A stretch of DNA of 64,000 nt from Gemmatimonas sp. (GCA_965279375.1 OZ257156.1:2464001-2528000); one strand, 5' to 3'. Counted from the stretch's first letter, positions 20,990 to 30,904 are shown. Made by a program: numbers and translations. The notes: generated from the letters alone by a model not told the origin.

Positions 20990-22008
20990 TGTCCAGCGAA
21001 CAGCCGGCGACCAAACGGCGCTCGATGCTCAAGCATCCGGCCGTTCGGATCGGCCTCAGCGCGGCGGTGCTCGGCCTGCTGTTTACCGCGCTGCCGTTTG
21101 CGGATATCGCGGCGGCGATCAAGCGCGTGCCGGTGTTGGTGTGGCCGACCGCGCTCGCGATGTACATGTCGTTGCATCTGATCGGCGTGATCAAGTGGCG
21201 ACTGCTCGTGAACGCTGCCGGCGCCGGGTTGACGCTTCGCACGGCGGCGCGGGCGTACTACATGGGGTTGTTCGGCAACACGTTCCTGCCTTCGATCGTC
21301 GGCGGCGACGTGGTGCGCGCCGGCGTGGCATTTCGCGCGACGACGTCAAAGAGTGGCTTGGTGCTCGGGAGTCTGGTCGATCGGTTGCTCGACGTCATCG
21401 GTCTCGCGGCGGTCGCCGGGATCGGCGCGCTTCTGTCGCCGCGCGCGCTCGATGCACAGAGTCGCCGGATTTTCCTGACGCTGTTCGCCGTGCTTGTCGT
21501 TCTGGGCATCGGGGCGGGCATAGCGGTCGCGCTCATGCCGGTGCGCCGGTTGCCATGGAAGGTTCGCCGCAAGCTGGTGGCGGTACGCCGGGCGATTCTG
21601 GCCACGGCGAGCAATCCGCAGGTGCTGGTGGCGGCCTTCGTGCTTGGCATGGCGCTGCAGTCGTTGCTGACGATCATGAACTGGTGGTTGGGGCGCGTGA
21701 TCGGCATCGACATTCCGATCTACGTCTGGCTGTTCGTGTGGCCGCTGGCCAAGGTGGCGGGCCTGCTTCCGTTGACGCAGAACGGCATCGGGGTGCGGGA
21801 GGCGGCGCAGGCCGCGCTGTTCGCCCCGTTCGGCGTGTCGGCGGCGGCGGCCGTCGCGACTGGCCTTGTCTTCGAGGTGGTCATCATCTCGGGTGGCTTG
21901 CTGGGCGGCGTATTCGCGTGGCTGCTCAGCGCCTCGACGCAGGAGCGCGCTGCCTTGCGGGCCAGCAGTCAGGGGGCTCCGGTGGGGGCGGGCGATATAG
22001 TGGCGTAG
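20989..22008 (+). CDS. Lysylphosphatidylglycerol-synthase TM domain protein (putative lipid-linked sugar flippase)
   Basis: KWRLL, GNTFLPSIVGGDVVR, DRLLD, PLTQNGIGVRE. Confidence 0.85.
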   Translation: MSSEQPATKRRSMLKHPAVRIGLSAAVLGLLFTALPFADIAAAIKRVPVLVWPTALAMYMSLHLIGVIKWRLLVNAAGAGLTLRTAARAYYMGLFGNTFLPSIVGGDVVRAGVAFRATTSKSGLVLGSLVDRLLDVIGLAAVAGIGALLSPRALDAQSRRIFLTLFAVLVVLGIGAGIAVALMPVRRLPWKVRRKLVAVRRAILATASNPQVLVAAFVLGMALQSLLTIMNWWLGRVIGIDIPIYVWLFVWPLAKVAGLLPLTQNGIGVREAAQAALFAPFGVSAAAAVATGLVFEVVIISGGLLGGVFAWLLSASTQERAALRASSQGAPVGAGDIVA

Positions 22009-22196
22009 ACGGGCTTCTGGGCCCCGCCATGTGGCAGTGACGCCCATTAAGGTTGCGCTGTGTCGACACCAGCCACGCGCGGAATGGAAACGGAGTTGGC
22101 CGTCGGTCCCGAGACACCGTACTTTGTTCGTGCTGTGTGAGGGTTTGCGCATGAGTTCGAGCGGTGGCCGTGACGATTTCACGGCGGCCTGAGCTA

Positions 22197-22212
22197 TGGC
22201 ACCGACTTTGCT
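22197..22212 (+). promoter_or_regulatory. Sigma54 (-24/-12) promoter
   Basis: TGGCAC-CGACT-TTGCT, an exact consensus match about 85 bp before GT2 ATG 22298. Confidence 0.75.
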
Positions 22213-22297
22213 CACAGATCTCCGAACCAGTCGTCAGCGGTCCGCCGAATCCCGATGCTGCACTCCCTCCAGCGCCTTTGACGCGAGCGTTTACCGC

Positions 22298-23107
22298 ATG
22301 GTGACAACCTCCAACTCACCAACCACTCCGGTGACGGATGATGCGACCTGCCTGGTCGACGTCGTCATTCCGGTGCTGAACGAGGCTCGCGTACTCGCGA
22401 AGAGCGTCGAGGAGGTGCGGCGGTTCCTTGGCGCGAACGTGAGCTGGCGTTGGCGCGTGGTGGTGGTCGACAACGGGTCGACCGATGGGACCGACGAAGT
22501 GGCACGCGGCCTGGTGGCCAAGTACGACGACGTGCGCTTTCTGCAGCTGCCGCAGCGCGGGCGAGGGCGTGCGTTGCGCTTCGCGTGGACACAGAGCGAC
22601 GCGGACATCCTCTGCTACACCGACGTGGATCTCTCCACCGAGCTCGCGGCGCTGCCGGTGCTGGTGCATGCGCTGCTCCACGAGGGCTACGATCTCGGCA
22701 CGGGCTCGCGTCTGATGCGGGCGTCACGCACGAAGCGCTCGTTCAAGCGCGAGTTCATTTCGCGCGGCTACAACCTCATCGTCAAGCTGGTCCTCGGCAC
22801 CACCTTCAGCGACGCGCAGTGCGGCTTCAAGGTCCTCACGCGTGAACTCGTGCGGGACATCATTCCGCAGGTGAAGGACGAGTCGTGGTTCTTCGATACC
22901 GAACTGCTGGTGTTGGCGGAGAAGCAGGGGTATCGACTCAAGGACCTGCCGGTGGAATGGATCGAGGACGACGACAGTCGCGTGAAGATCGTGAAGACGG
23001 CGGTGGACGATCTGAAGGGCGTCTGGCGCCTGCGCATGGCGCTGTGGAGCGGTGCCGCGGTCCCTCGTGGTGAGGCGGCGGTCGCCGTCTCCAAGCGCGT
23101 TGGTTGA
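22298..23107 (+). CDS. GT2, dolichyl/polyprenyl-phosphate glucosyltransferase-like
   Basis: IPVLNE, DNGSTD, GRGRA, YTDVDLS, DAQCGFK, WFFDTE. Confidence 0.9.
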   Translation: MVTTSNSPTTPVTDDATCLVDVVIPVLNEARVLAKSVEEVRRFLGANVSWRWRVVVVDNGSTDGTDEVARGLVAKYDDVRFLQLPQRGRGRALRFAWTQSDADILCYTDVDLSTELAALPVLVHALLHEGYDLGTGSRLMRASRTKRSFKREFISRGYNLIVKLVLGTTFSDAQCGFKVLTRELVRDIIPQVKDESWFFDTELLVLAEKQGYRLKDLPVEWIEDDDSRVKIVKTAVDDLKGVWRLRMALWSGAAVPRGEAAVAVSKRVG

Positions 23108-24071
23108 AGCGGCGGCTGCCGGCCCGTACTTCGTCACGGGGGCATCGGGATTCGTTGGGCGTCGTGTGGTGGCGGAACTTGTCCGTGCGAAGGTAGCCGA
23201 CGTCCGATTGCTCGCGCGTGACCCGGCGGCCCTCTCGGCGATGCAATTGCCGTCGTCGTGGCGTGTGGTGCGCGGCGACCTCGCCGACCCGGACATGTGG
23301 CGCGACAGCCTGCTGGGCGTCGACCGGATCCTGCATTTGGCGTCGGCCACCGGAAAGGTGCCGCGCGCGACGTACCGGAACGTGATCGTTCGGGGCACCG
23401 AACGACTGCTCTCCGCGGCGCAATCGGCTGGAGTGGCGCGCATGCTGTTCGTGAGCAGCGTCGCGGCCGGATTTCCAGATCGTCGGCACTATCACTACGC
23501 CGAGGCGAAGCGCGACGCCGAGGCGCTGGTGCTCGCGTCGGGGCTGGATAGCCTCGTCGTGCGCCCCACGATGGTGTTCGGTGCAGGCAGTGCCGTCTTT
23601 GCCGGCATGCAGAAGCTGGCAACTCTTCCGGTGCCGCTGGTGTTCGGTAGCGGGGAACTGTCCGTGCAGCCGATCCACGTGGACGATCTGGCCGCGTTGC
23701 TGCGCGTGGCGCTGATGTCGTGGACGCCGTGGCGTGGCCAGGTGGTGACGGTCGGCGGCGCGGAAGCGGTGACGACGGACGAGTTGCTGCGTCGCATCCG
23801 AGCGCTGGTCCCGTCGCGCGCCGCCGGCGCTGCCGATGCCCGTCTGCTTCACATTCCGATCGAACCGTTGCGTACTGTGCTTGCTCTGCTCGAACCACTG
23901 ATGTTGTCCGCACTCCCGTTCACGGCAGGCCAACTGGCGTCGTTCGCCAACGCCGGCGCGGCGGGCGCGGAGCCTGAGATCCTGCAGCAATGGCGGGCGG
24001 CCCTGGCTGCGCCACGCCGTTCGCTCGATGACATGCTGCGCGCGAGTGCTGCTGCATCGCAGGGAGTCTGA
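23100..24071 (+). CDS. NAD-dependent epimerase/dehydratase family (atypical SDR)
   Basis: TGASGFVG, YAEAK, RPTMVFG, QPIHVDD; TTG 23100 overlaps the upstream gene. Confidence 0.82.
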   Translation: MVEAAAAGPYFVTGASGFVGRRVVAELVRAKVADVRLLARDPAALSAMQLPSSWRVVRGDLADPDMWRDSLLGVDRILHLASATGKVPRATYRNVIVRGTERLLSAAQSAGVARMLFVSSVAAGFPDRRHYHYAEAKRDAEALVLASGLDSLVVRPTMVFGAGSAVFAGMQKLATLPVPLVFGSGELSVQPIHVDDLAALLRVALMSWTPWRGQVVTVGGAEAVTTDELLRRIRALVPSRAAGAADARLLHIPIEPLRTVLALLEPLMLSALPFTAGQLASFANAGAAGAEPEILQQWRAALAAPRRSLDDMLRASAAASQGV

Positions 24072-24074
24072 CGC

Positions 24075-24533
24075 ATGCGCGCCGACGGCGTTGCCGAGAA
24101 CGAGTGCCGACTATTCACGCGCTTCCTCGCGGGCGTGGAGATGTCTCCGTATGTGCTGGCGACCTATGCGCGACTGCTGCCGACGGCCGATGTCTCGCCA
24201 CGGTCGGCTCAGCGGCTGATCGAACGGTCGCTGCTGGCGGTCTCCCACGCCGGATTGATTCCGCTTCGTGCGGCCGACATGTACGCGCGCGTTTTTCTGC
24301 CGCGATCGTTGCTGCGTCGTCGACTGGTGCTGCTGCTCGCCATTCTCGAGAACACGGAAGGAAGCGAACGTCCGCTCAACTCCGCCTACGAAGGATCTCT
24401 CGTTTCGGTCGCGCTGGAGCTGATGCTGACCGGCATTGCGAGCGGATTGTGTCTGTTGCTGGGCATCGTGATCTTCGCCCCGCTGCATTTGGTGAGTGGC
24501 GCGGGTGACGCTGCGCCGGAGCCAGCGCATTGA
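24075..24533 (+). CDS. Hypothetical protein with C-terminal hydrophobic segment
   Basis: Fills the operon gap (3 bp after upstream stop, TTGA overlap downstream). Confidence 0.65.
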   Translation: MRADGVAENECRLFTRFLAGVEMSPYVLATYARLLPTADVSPRSAQRLIERSLLAVSHAGLIPLRAADMYARVFLPRSLLRRRLVLLLAILENTEGSERPLNSAYEGSLVSVALELMLTGIASGLCLLLGIVIFAPLHLVSGAGDAAPEPAH

Positions 24534-26149
24534 GCCGCGTGGTTGTGGTGGGTTCCGGCGCGACGGGTGTGCACTTCGCGTTGACGGCGCTGGAGCGCGG
24601 ACATGACGTAACGCTGCTGGATGTCGGCAACGAGCGGCCGGCACCCGTGCTGCCGAATGCGACGTTCGATCAGCTGAAAACGCAGCTGCCGGATCCGGCG
24701 GAGTATTTCCTCGGCGAGAATGGCGAGGGGGTGGTGTACCCCTCAACGAGTGCGTCGTACTACGGGCATCCCCCGAGCAAGCAGTACGTCTTCGACATGC
24801 CGCGTGGCTTCGACACGGCGACGACGGCGATGTCGCCGCGATTCAGCTTTGCGCGCGGCGGACTGGCCGAAGCGTGGACCGGCGGCTCGTACTCGTACAA
24901 CCGAGACGATCTGGCGATGTATCCCTTCGCCTACGAGGAGATGCTGCGTCACTACTCGACGGTGGCGCGCCGCATCGGCATTGGTGCGATGCAGGACGAT
25001 CTCGCGCAGTTCATTCCGTTCGACGACGCGTACCGCGCGCCGCTACCGCTCGATCGCCACTCGCAGTGGCTCTGGGATCGCTACCACGCACGCCGCGACA
25101 AGCTGCAGCACAAGCATGGCTTCTACCTCGGGCGGTCTCGCGTTGCGACGCTGAGTAGTGCGTTGGGCGATCGCAAAGGATGTGGGCAACTTGGGCGCTG
25201 CTTGTGGGGGTGCCCCAACGAGTCGATCTACAGCCCGTTGCACACGCTGCGCGATTGTCTGACGCACCTGCGCTTCACGTATGTGCCCGGCGTCCTCGTG
25301 CGGCACTACGAGTACGGCGAGAACGGTGCGATCACGCGCATGGTCGCGCGCCGCATGGACACGGGCGAGACGGCGTACTTCGACGGCGATCTGTTCGCGC
25401 TGGCGGCCGGTGCGCTCACGAGTTCGAAGATCGTGCTCGACTCGGCGTATCGCCGCACCGGGGCGATCGGCGTGATGCCCGGACTCATGGACAACCTGCA
25501 GATCCATGTACCGTTCCTGACGCCGGCGATGATCGGCACGGGGATCAACACCGACGCCTACCAGTTCCACCATCTGGCGTTTGGTGTGACGCGTCCCGAT
25601 CCGCTCGACTACGTGCACGGGCAGATCACGACGCTCAAGTCCGCGTCGATTCATCCAATCGTGCAGACGCTGCCACTCGACCTGCGTGGTTCGATCGCAG
25701 TGTTCCGCACGCTGCGTGCGGGATTGGCGGTGGCAAATGTGAATCTGCCGGACCGACGTCGCGAGGCGAGCCTGCTGACGATTCGCGCCGGCGCGACGGC
25801 CGCAGACGACACGCAGCTCATTGTGCGCTACAGCGAAGATGCCGCCGAGCCGGAACGCCGCGACAGCGCGGTGGGCTCAGTGAAGCGGGCGTTGACGTCG
25901 ATGGGATGCTTCGTGCCGCCGGGCATGACGCGCGTACTCCCGCGCGGGACGAGCGTGCACTACGCCGGCACGATGCCGATGTCGCACTCGCGCGGTGACT
26001 TCACCTGCGGAGCGGACGGACGCAGTCACGCGCACGAGAATCTCTACATCGTCGATGGCGCGAGCTTGCCGTTCCTGCCGTCGAAGAACCACACCTTCAC
26101 GCTGATGGCAAACGCAACGCGCGTGGCAGAGAGTCTGCCACGCGCGTAG
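24530..26149 (+). CDS. GMC-family FAD oxidoreductase
   Basis: GSGATG, GGLAEAWTG, CGQLGRCLWGCP, LAAGAL, HYAGT, NLYIVDGAS, NHTFTLMANA. Confidence 0.82.
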   Translation: MSRVVVVGSGATGVHFALTALERGHDVTLLDVGNERPAPVLPNATFDQLKTQLPDPAEYFLGENGEGVVYPSTSASYYGHPPSKQYVFDMPRGFDTATTAMSPRFSFARGGLAEAWTGGSYSYNRDDLAMYPFAYEEMLRHYSTVARRIGIGAMQDDLAQFIPFDDAYRAPLPLDRHSQWLWDRYHARRDKLQHKHGFYLGRSRVATLSSALGDRKGCGQLGRCLWGCPNESIYSPLHTLRDCLTHLRFTYVPGVLVRHYEYGENGAITRMVARRMDTGETAYFDGDLFALAAGALTSSKIVLDSAYRRTGAIGVMPGLMDNLQIHVPFLTPAMIGTGINTDAYQFHHLAFGVTRPDPLDYVHGQITTLKSASIHPIVQTLPLDLRGSIAVFRTLRAGLAVANVNLPDRRREASLLTIRAGATAADDTQLIVRYSEDAAEPERRDSAVGSVKRALTSMGCFVPPGMTRVLPRGTSVHYAGTMPMSHSRGDFTCGADGRSHAHENLYIVDGASLPFLPSKNHTFTLMANATRVAESLPRA

Positions 26150-26163
26150 GGTGCATCGATGTA

Positions 26164-26191
26164 CCGCGCGAGGCGATGACCGCCCGCGCGG
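26164..26191. terminator. Stem-loop between convergent operons
   Basis: CCGCGCG(A)GGCG-ATGAC-CGCCCGCGCGG. Confidence 0.4.
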
Positions 26192-26203
26192 AGGTCGGCC
26201 GCG

Positions 26204-27178
26204 CTACTTCGCCGCGAGATTATTGCGCTGATCGGCGACGACGTCCTCGATGATCTTGGCGAGGGGCGTCTTCGGGCGGAAGTTGATCGTGCGTTCGAGC
26301 TTGGTCACGTCGGGCACGCGGCGCATCATGTCCTCGAAGCCTTCCGGATACGCTTCCGTGTACGGAATGAGCTTGATCTCCGACGTGCTGCCGGCCGCCG
26401 CGCGTACCATCTCGGCGAGTTGCATCATCGACACCTCTTCGTTGGAGCCGATGTTGAACACATCGCCCACTGCCGACGGCGTGTCGAGCAGGCGCAGCAC
26501 CGACTCGACGGCGTCCTGCACATGACCAAAGCAGCGTGACTGCGTGCCGCTGCCGAAGACGGTGATCGGCTGACCGGACACGGCCTGCGCCGCAAAGTTG
26601 GGCAGCACCATGCCGTAGCGACCGGTCTGTCGCGGTCCGACGGTGTTGAAGAAGCGCACGACGATCACCGGCACGCCCTTCTCGCGCATGTACGCGAAGC
26701 CGAGCCATTCGTCCATCGCCTTGCTGCAGGCGTAGGCCCAGCGTGAGTTGCTGGTCGCGCCCAGCTGCAGGTCGTCAGATTCGGCGAAGGTGGCCTTGGT
26801 GCTCTTGCCGTAGACCTCCGACGTGGAGGCGATGAGCACGAGCTTCTGCTTCTTCGCGGCCGCTTCGAGCACCGTTTCGGTGCAACCGATGTTGGTCTCG
26901 ATGGTGTGCACGGGACGCTCGACGATGAGCCGCACGCCCACGGCGGCCGCCAGGTGCACGGTGACGTCGCAACGGTCCACGCATTCGGTCACGAGCGGCG
27001 CGTCGAGCGCGGAGCCGATGCGGTGCTCGAAGCCTTCGCGTCCGACGAGATGTTCGATGTTGCTCATGCTGCCTGTCGACAGATCGTCGAGCACGAGCAC
27101 CTTGTCTCCGCGATCAAGAATTCTCGCGGCGAGGTGTGACCCGATGAATCCGGCGCCGCCGGTGATGAAGACTTTCAC
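26204..27178 (-). CDS. NDP-sugar epimerase/dehydratase/decarboxylase (extended SDR)
   Basis: TGGAGFIGSH, HLAAAVG, STSEVYG, RWAYACSK, RFFNTVGPRQ. Confidence 0.9.
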   Translation of the reverse strand: MKVFITGGAGFIGSHLAARILDRGDKVLVLDDLSTGSMSNIEHLVGREGFEHRIGSALDAPLVTECVDRCDVTVHLAAAVGVRLIVERPVHTIETNIGCTETVLEAAAKKQKLVLIASTSEVYGKSTKATFAESDDLQLGATSNSRWAYACSKAMDEWLGFAYMREKGVPVIVVRFFNTVGPRQTGRYGMVLPNFAAQAVSGQPITVFGSGTQSRCFGHVQDAVESVLRLLDTPSAVGDVFNIGSNEEVSMMQLAEMVRAAAGSTSEIKLIPYTEAYPEGFEDMMRRVPDVTKLERTINFRPKTPLAKIIEDVVADQRNNLAAK

Positions 27179-28590
27179 TTTACTTCCCCGCGTGAATGAA
27201 CGGTGAGATCCGGCGGTTCGACGTTCATGGACCCAAACCGCGTTGTTTCGGGAATGCCGAGGAGCACATGGTCGACGGCTTCCGCGCCCTGCAATGCGGA
27301 ATGATCCTGATTGGAGACTTCATACTTCCACGTGCCAAAACGACCGCGACTGAGGATGCGTGCGGCGTCGAGCACCTGCTCGACCGGCGATAGCACATCA
27401 TCGCGCGTGAGCCACGGCGTAGGATAGCCGTGCTCGAGGCGACGGTGCCAGCGCGTGACGATGCGCGTGGAGTCGGAGAACAGCCGCGCGTTGCGGAATC
27501 CCTGAATCGTCTCGTCGATGATGGTGTCTGCGTTCACCGGCTTGTCCGGCGACTCGCTCACCTCTGCCATGAGCGACCACTGTTCCCCGGGACGCGGCAC
27601 GTTGTACGGCGAGTAGTTGCTGAAGACGGTGGCCCGATAGAACGGACCATTCGACTCCGGAAAGTACATCCAGCACTTGGTCTTGAGGTCGTCGGGCACG
27701 GGTCCGTCGAAGCCGACGCCGATGATGTGGCTCGACGAGTGCACGAACTTGCTGGCGAGCGGATGCAGCGCCGGCCGATCGACGATGAGCGGAATGAGCT
27801 GATCGAGCGGCATCGACGAGATGAGTGCGTCGTAGCGCTCGCTGCTTCCATCGGCGAAGTGCACGGTCTTCTCGTCCGCCTGCACGCCGACAACGCGACG
27901 GCCCAGCCCCACGTTGGACGGCGGAAGCTGATCGAACAGGCTTTGCCAGATCGCACCGGTGCCGCCACGAATGGGGAAGCGGAACGTGGCATTCGGGCCC
28001 CACGCCACATCGTCGGTGCGATTGGCGATGTTGCGCTTCACGCGTGCAAGATCGACCGTCGCCACCCGCTCACCCATCCACGAGACGTTCATCTTGGACG
28101 GATGGTACGCCCAGACCTTGCTGTTGTACGGCGTCATGAAGATGTCGCACAACCCTTCGCCGAAGCTGGCAAGCAGCCACTCGTGAAAGTTGGCAGGGGG
28201 GCGCGTTGTCGCGTGCGCAGCGACGTGCTCCAGTCCCGCGACCGCGGCGGCGATGTCAGCGTCGGGGAGGCGCCAGAGATTGTTCTGAAACGGATACGGC
28301 ACCCAGCGATCGCGGATCCACACCCATGCCTCGCGTTCATGCTCCATCCACTCGTTGCCGAGTGCCTTGGTCATGAGCCGGTCGAACCAGCGGTAGTGCG
28401 AGAAGAGCACATGGCCGCCGAGGTCCCAGGTGAAGCCGGCGTCGTCGACGATGGAGCTGGAGAGGCCGCCCGGGGTGTCCGCCGCATCCACGAGCAGCCA
28501 GTTCTGGTGGCCGTGCTCCACGAGGCGCGACGCGGCGCCAAGCCCGGTAGGGCCAGCGCCGATGATCAGGATACGCGGTGCTGTGCTCAC
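27175..28590 (-). CDS. UDP-galactopyranose mutase, eukaryote-type (UgmA/GlfA-like flavoprotein)
   Basis: GAGPTG, GGHVLFSHY, PYPFQNN, WMGERVA, WGPNATFRFP, GRFGTWKYEVSNQDHS. Confidence 0.8.
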   Translation of the reverse strand: MSTAPRILIIGAGPTGLGAASRLVEHGHQNWLLVDAADTPGGLSSSIVDDAGFTWDLGGHVLFSHYRWFDRLMTKALGNEWMEHEREAWVWIRDRWVPYPFQNNLWRLPDADIAAAVAGLEHVAAHATTRPPANFHEWLLASFGEGLCDIFMTPYNSKVWAYHPSKMNVSWMGERVATVDLARVKRNIANRTDDVAWGPNATFRFPIRGGTGAIWQSLFDQLPPSNVGLGRRVVGVQADEKTVHFADGSSERYDALISSMPLDQLIPLIVDRPALHPLASKFVHSSSHIIGVGFDGPVPDDLKTKCWMYFPESNGPFYRATVFSNYSPYNVPRPGEQWSLMAEVSESPDKPVNADTIIDETIQGFRNARLFSDSTRIVTRWHRRLEHGYPTPWLTRDDVLSPVEQVLDAARILSRGRFGTWKYEVSNQDHSALQGAEAVDHVLLGIPETTRFGSMNVEPPDLTVHSRGEVK

Positions 28591-29300
28591 GCGAACAGCT
28601 TGCTGCGGAAGGTGAGGAGCTGCATGAAGGCGCGGGCGCAGAACTTGATCAGCTTGAAGCGTCGGATGGACACGACACCGGTCTGGCGTTCTCGATGACT
28701 GACCGGAACGTACGCGATGCGGAAGCCGCGCTTCGCCACGAACACGGCGAGGAAGAGCGACGGCGCGAGCGTGTCAGCGGGGATGAGCGGACGCGCTTCT
28801 TCCCACAGGCGACGCTTGATGAGCTTGAACGGTACGTTGGCGTCCTTGATGCGGACGCCGAACAGCAGAGGCAAGGCGCCGCGAATGACCTTGGTGAGCC
28901 ACAGGCGAAAGGTCGGGTCTTCGCGCTGGATGCGCACGCCAAAGGCGGCGTCGTGGCCGTTCTCGATTTCGGCGCAGAGCGGCTGCACTTCAGTGAGCGG
29001 GATCTGGCGATCGGAGTCGAGGAAGAGCAGGAGCTCGCCGTTGGCCGCTTCGATCGCGGTACGCAGGGCAGGGCCGTGGCCGCCGTTGACCTGATGTACG
29101 ACCCGGATTCTCGGATCGGCGGCACAGATGCGATCGAGGATGGCGCCTGTGCTGTCTCGCGATCCGTCGTTAACCACGACCAGCTCGGATCCGGCAATGC
29201 GATCGAGCACGAACTCGCGCACTTCGGAGGTGGCAGCCTCGATCGCCCCTTCCTCGTTGTACGCCGGCATCACGACGCTGAGTGACGGTCGCGCGGTCAT
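28587..29300 (-). CDS. GT2, DPM1-like polyprenyl-phosphate glycosyltransferase
   Basis: MPAYNE, NDGSRD, NGGHG, LDSDRQ, DANVPFK. Confidence 0.88.
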   Translation of the reverse strand: MTARPSLSVVMPAYNEEGAIEAATSEVREFVLDRIAGSELVVVNDGSRDSTGAILDRICAADPRIRVVHQVNGGHGPALRTAIEAANGELLLFLDSDRQIPLTEVQPLCAEIENGHDAAFGVRIQREDPTFRLWLTKVIRGALPLLFGVRIKDANVPFKLIKRRLWEEARPLIPADTLAPSLFLAVFVAKRGFRIAYVPVSHRERQTGVVSIRRFKLIKFCARAFMQLLTFRSKLFA

Positions 29301-30904
29301 AGGGCAGCGCGCACCGAGTAACGACGCACGGGCCGATCGGCACCCGTGAGCAACGTCAACGAGAGTCCACCGGGGATCTGCGTCCGCAAAAAGGCTTCGT
29401 CATCGGCGCTCCAAGCCGTCATCCATACCTCGTCATCGGCCTTCACAGGCAGTGTGGTCATTGCGCGATACTCAGGGACGCGCCGAGCAATCGCCATCAG
29501 GCGCGCTCCGCCCAGCTCCATCCACGTTTCCGTAGCGAAGACCGGACCGGGTGCGCGCGAGATGTACTTGGCGCCGTGCACGTTGGCGTAGAAGTGGAAG
29601 GCGTGGCCGTTCCACCCGGACAACAGCACGACGACTGTACGCCCCTTCGCGCCACCGGCAGCCACCGTCGCGAGGCCGCTGTCCATCGGCCACTCCGTGT
29701 AACTCGCTCGCCCAAACGGCCCGCTGCGCAGCGACTGCGAAAAGAGCGTCGGGGAGACGTACGTCTTGTACAGGAGGGCGCCGGTCCACATGGGGCCAAC
29801 CTGCGTCTCGAACTGCGACTCGTTGAGCAGGGTCCGCCAGGAGCTTGGCGAGAACCAGCCGAGCCCCACGAAGAGCGGCGCCACACAGACGGCGAAGAGC
29901 ACGGCGGCTGCGGATCGCACGCGGGCGGGCGCGAGCAGGCGAGGCAGCGCGACGGCACCGACTGCCGACAAGACGGCAACCGGAATGATGGTTGGAATGA
30001 AGTAGCGCGGCGTGGTGGTTGCGCCGAAGTAGAAAGCAAAGAGTGGTATGCACCACGCGGCGGTCAGCGCGAGCAGTGCGCGCCGCGTCCGTGCGAGTTC
30101 GGTGACACCCACGACGGCCAGGGCGAGCGCCACCGGCGAGGTCGACCAGACCAGATACTCCCAGAACTTGGTCGGGAACGGATTCGTGAGGTGACTGCCG
30201 ACGTCGTCGGTTGCGGTCGCCATTCGAGGATCGAGGGCAAACAGTGTGGCGTACAGCGCGCCCAGCACGACGACATACGGCGCGCCGCGGAGCAGCACAT
30301 CGCGGATGTTCCCGTAACGCTGCCAGAGCAGTACCGCGATGAACGGTGACGCGAGGACGGTATCTGCCCGCACGAAGACGGCGGCGGCGAAGAACGCCAG
30401 TCCGATGGTTTCGCCGAGGCGTCCCGGGTGCTGCGACAGCCACGCCACGGAGATCGCCAGCAATGCAATTGCGGGCGTTGTGCTGTTGCCGTAGGTACTC
30501 GACATCCAGAGGATCGGATTGATCGCCAGGAAGCCGCCGAGGACCCACCGTTCTGTCATCGTCAGCAGGGCCGGGAAGCTCACGAGCCCGCAGATGGGGA
30601 TGATGGCACCGGCCGTCGCCGACAAGGCGATCATGATGACCGGAACGAGTCGCGGGTTTCCGCCGAGCAGAAGATCGATGCCCTGCACGAGGCGGTGATA
30701 GCCGACCTGCGGACCGTAGCGATAGCTGTCTGCGACCTCGTTGTGCCTGATCAGCGCAACGATGCCGTCCGCGAGAGAGACCTCGTCAACCTGCCAGAAC
30801 CATGCGAAGTGTCCCCCCAAAAGTCGCGCGGCGAGCAGCGCGAGGAACAGCGCTGCCAGCGTGAACGGACTGGGTGTCTCGTGGTTCGAGGCAGGGGTCA
30901 GCAT
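29297..30904 (-). CDS. Multi-pass membrane protein, GT-C-like
   Basis: FWQVDE in the first loop, about 11 TMs, PRYFIP; start placed at ATG 30904. Confidence 0.7.
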   Translation of the reverse strand: MLTPASNHETPSPFTLAALFLALLAARLLGGHFAWFWQVDEVSLADGIVALIRHNEVADSYRYGPQVGYHRLVQGIDLLLGGNPRLVPVIMIALSATAGAIIPICGLVSFPALLTMTERWVLGGFLAINPILWMSSTYGNSTTPAIALLAISVAWLSQHPGRLGETIGLAFFAAAVFVRADTVLASPFIAVLLWQRYGNIRDVLLRGAPYVVVLGALYATLFALDPRMATATDDVGSHLTNPFPTKFWEYLVWSTSPVALALAVVGVTELARTRRALLALTAAWCIPLFAFYFGATTTPRYFIPTIIPVAVLSAVGAVALPRLLAPARVRSAAAVLFAVCVAPLFVGLGWFSPSSWRTLLNESQFETQVGPMWTGALLYKTYVSPTLFSQSLRSGPFGRASYTEWPMDSGLATVAAGGAKGRTVVVLLSGWNGHAFHFYANVHGAKYISRAPGPVFATETWMELGGARLMAIARRVPEYRAMTTLPVKADDEVWMTAWSADDEAFLRTQIPGGLSLTLLTGADRPVRRYSVRAAL

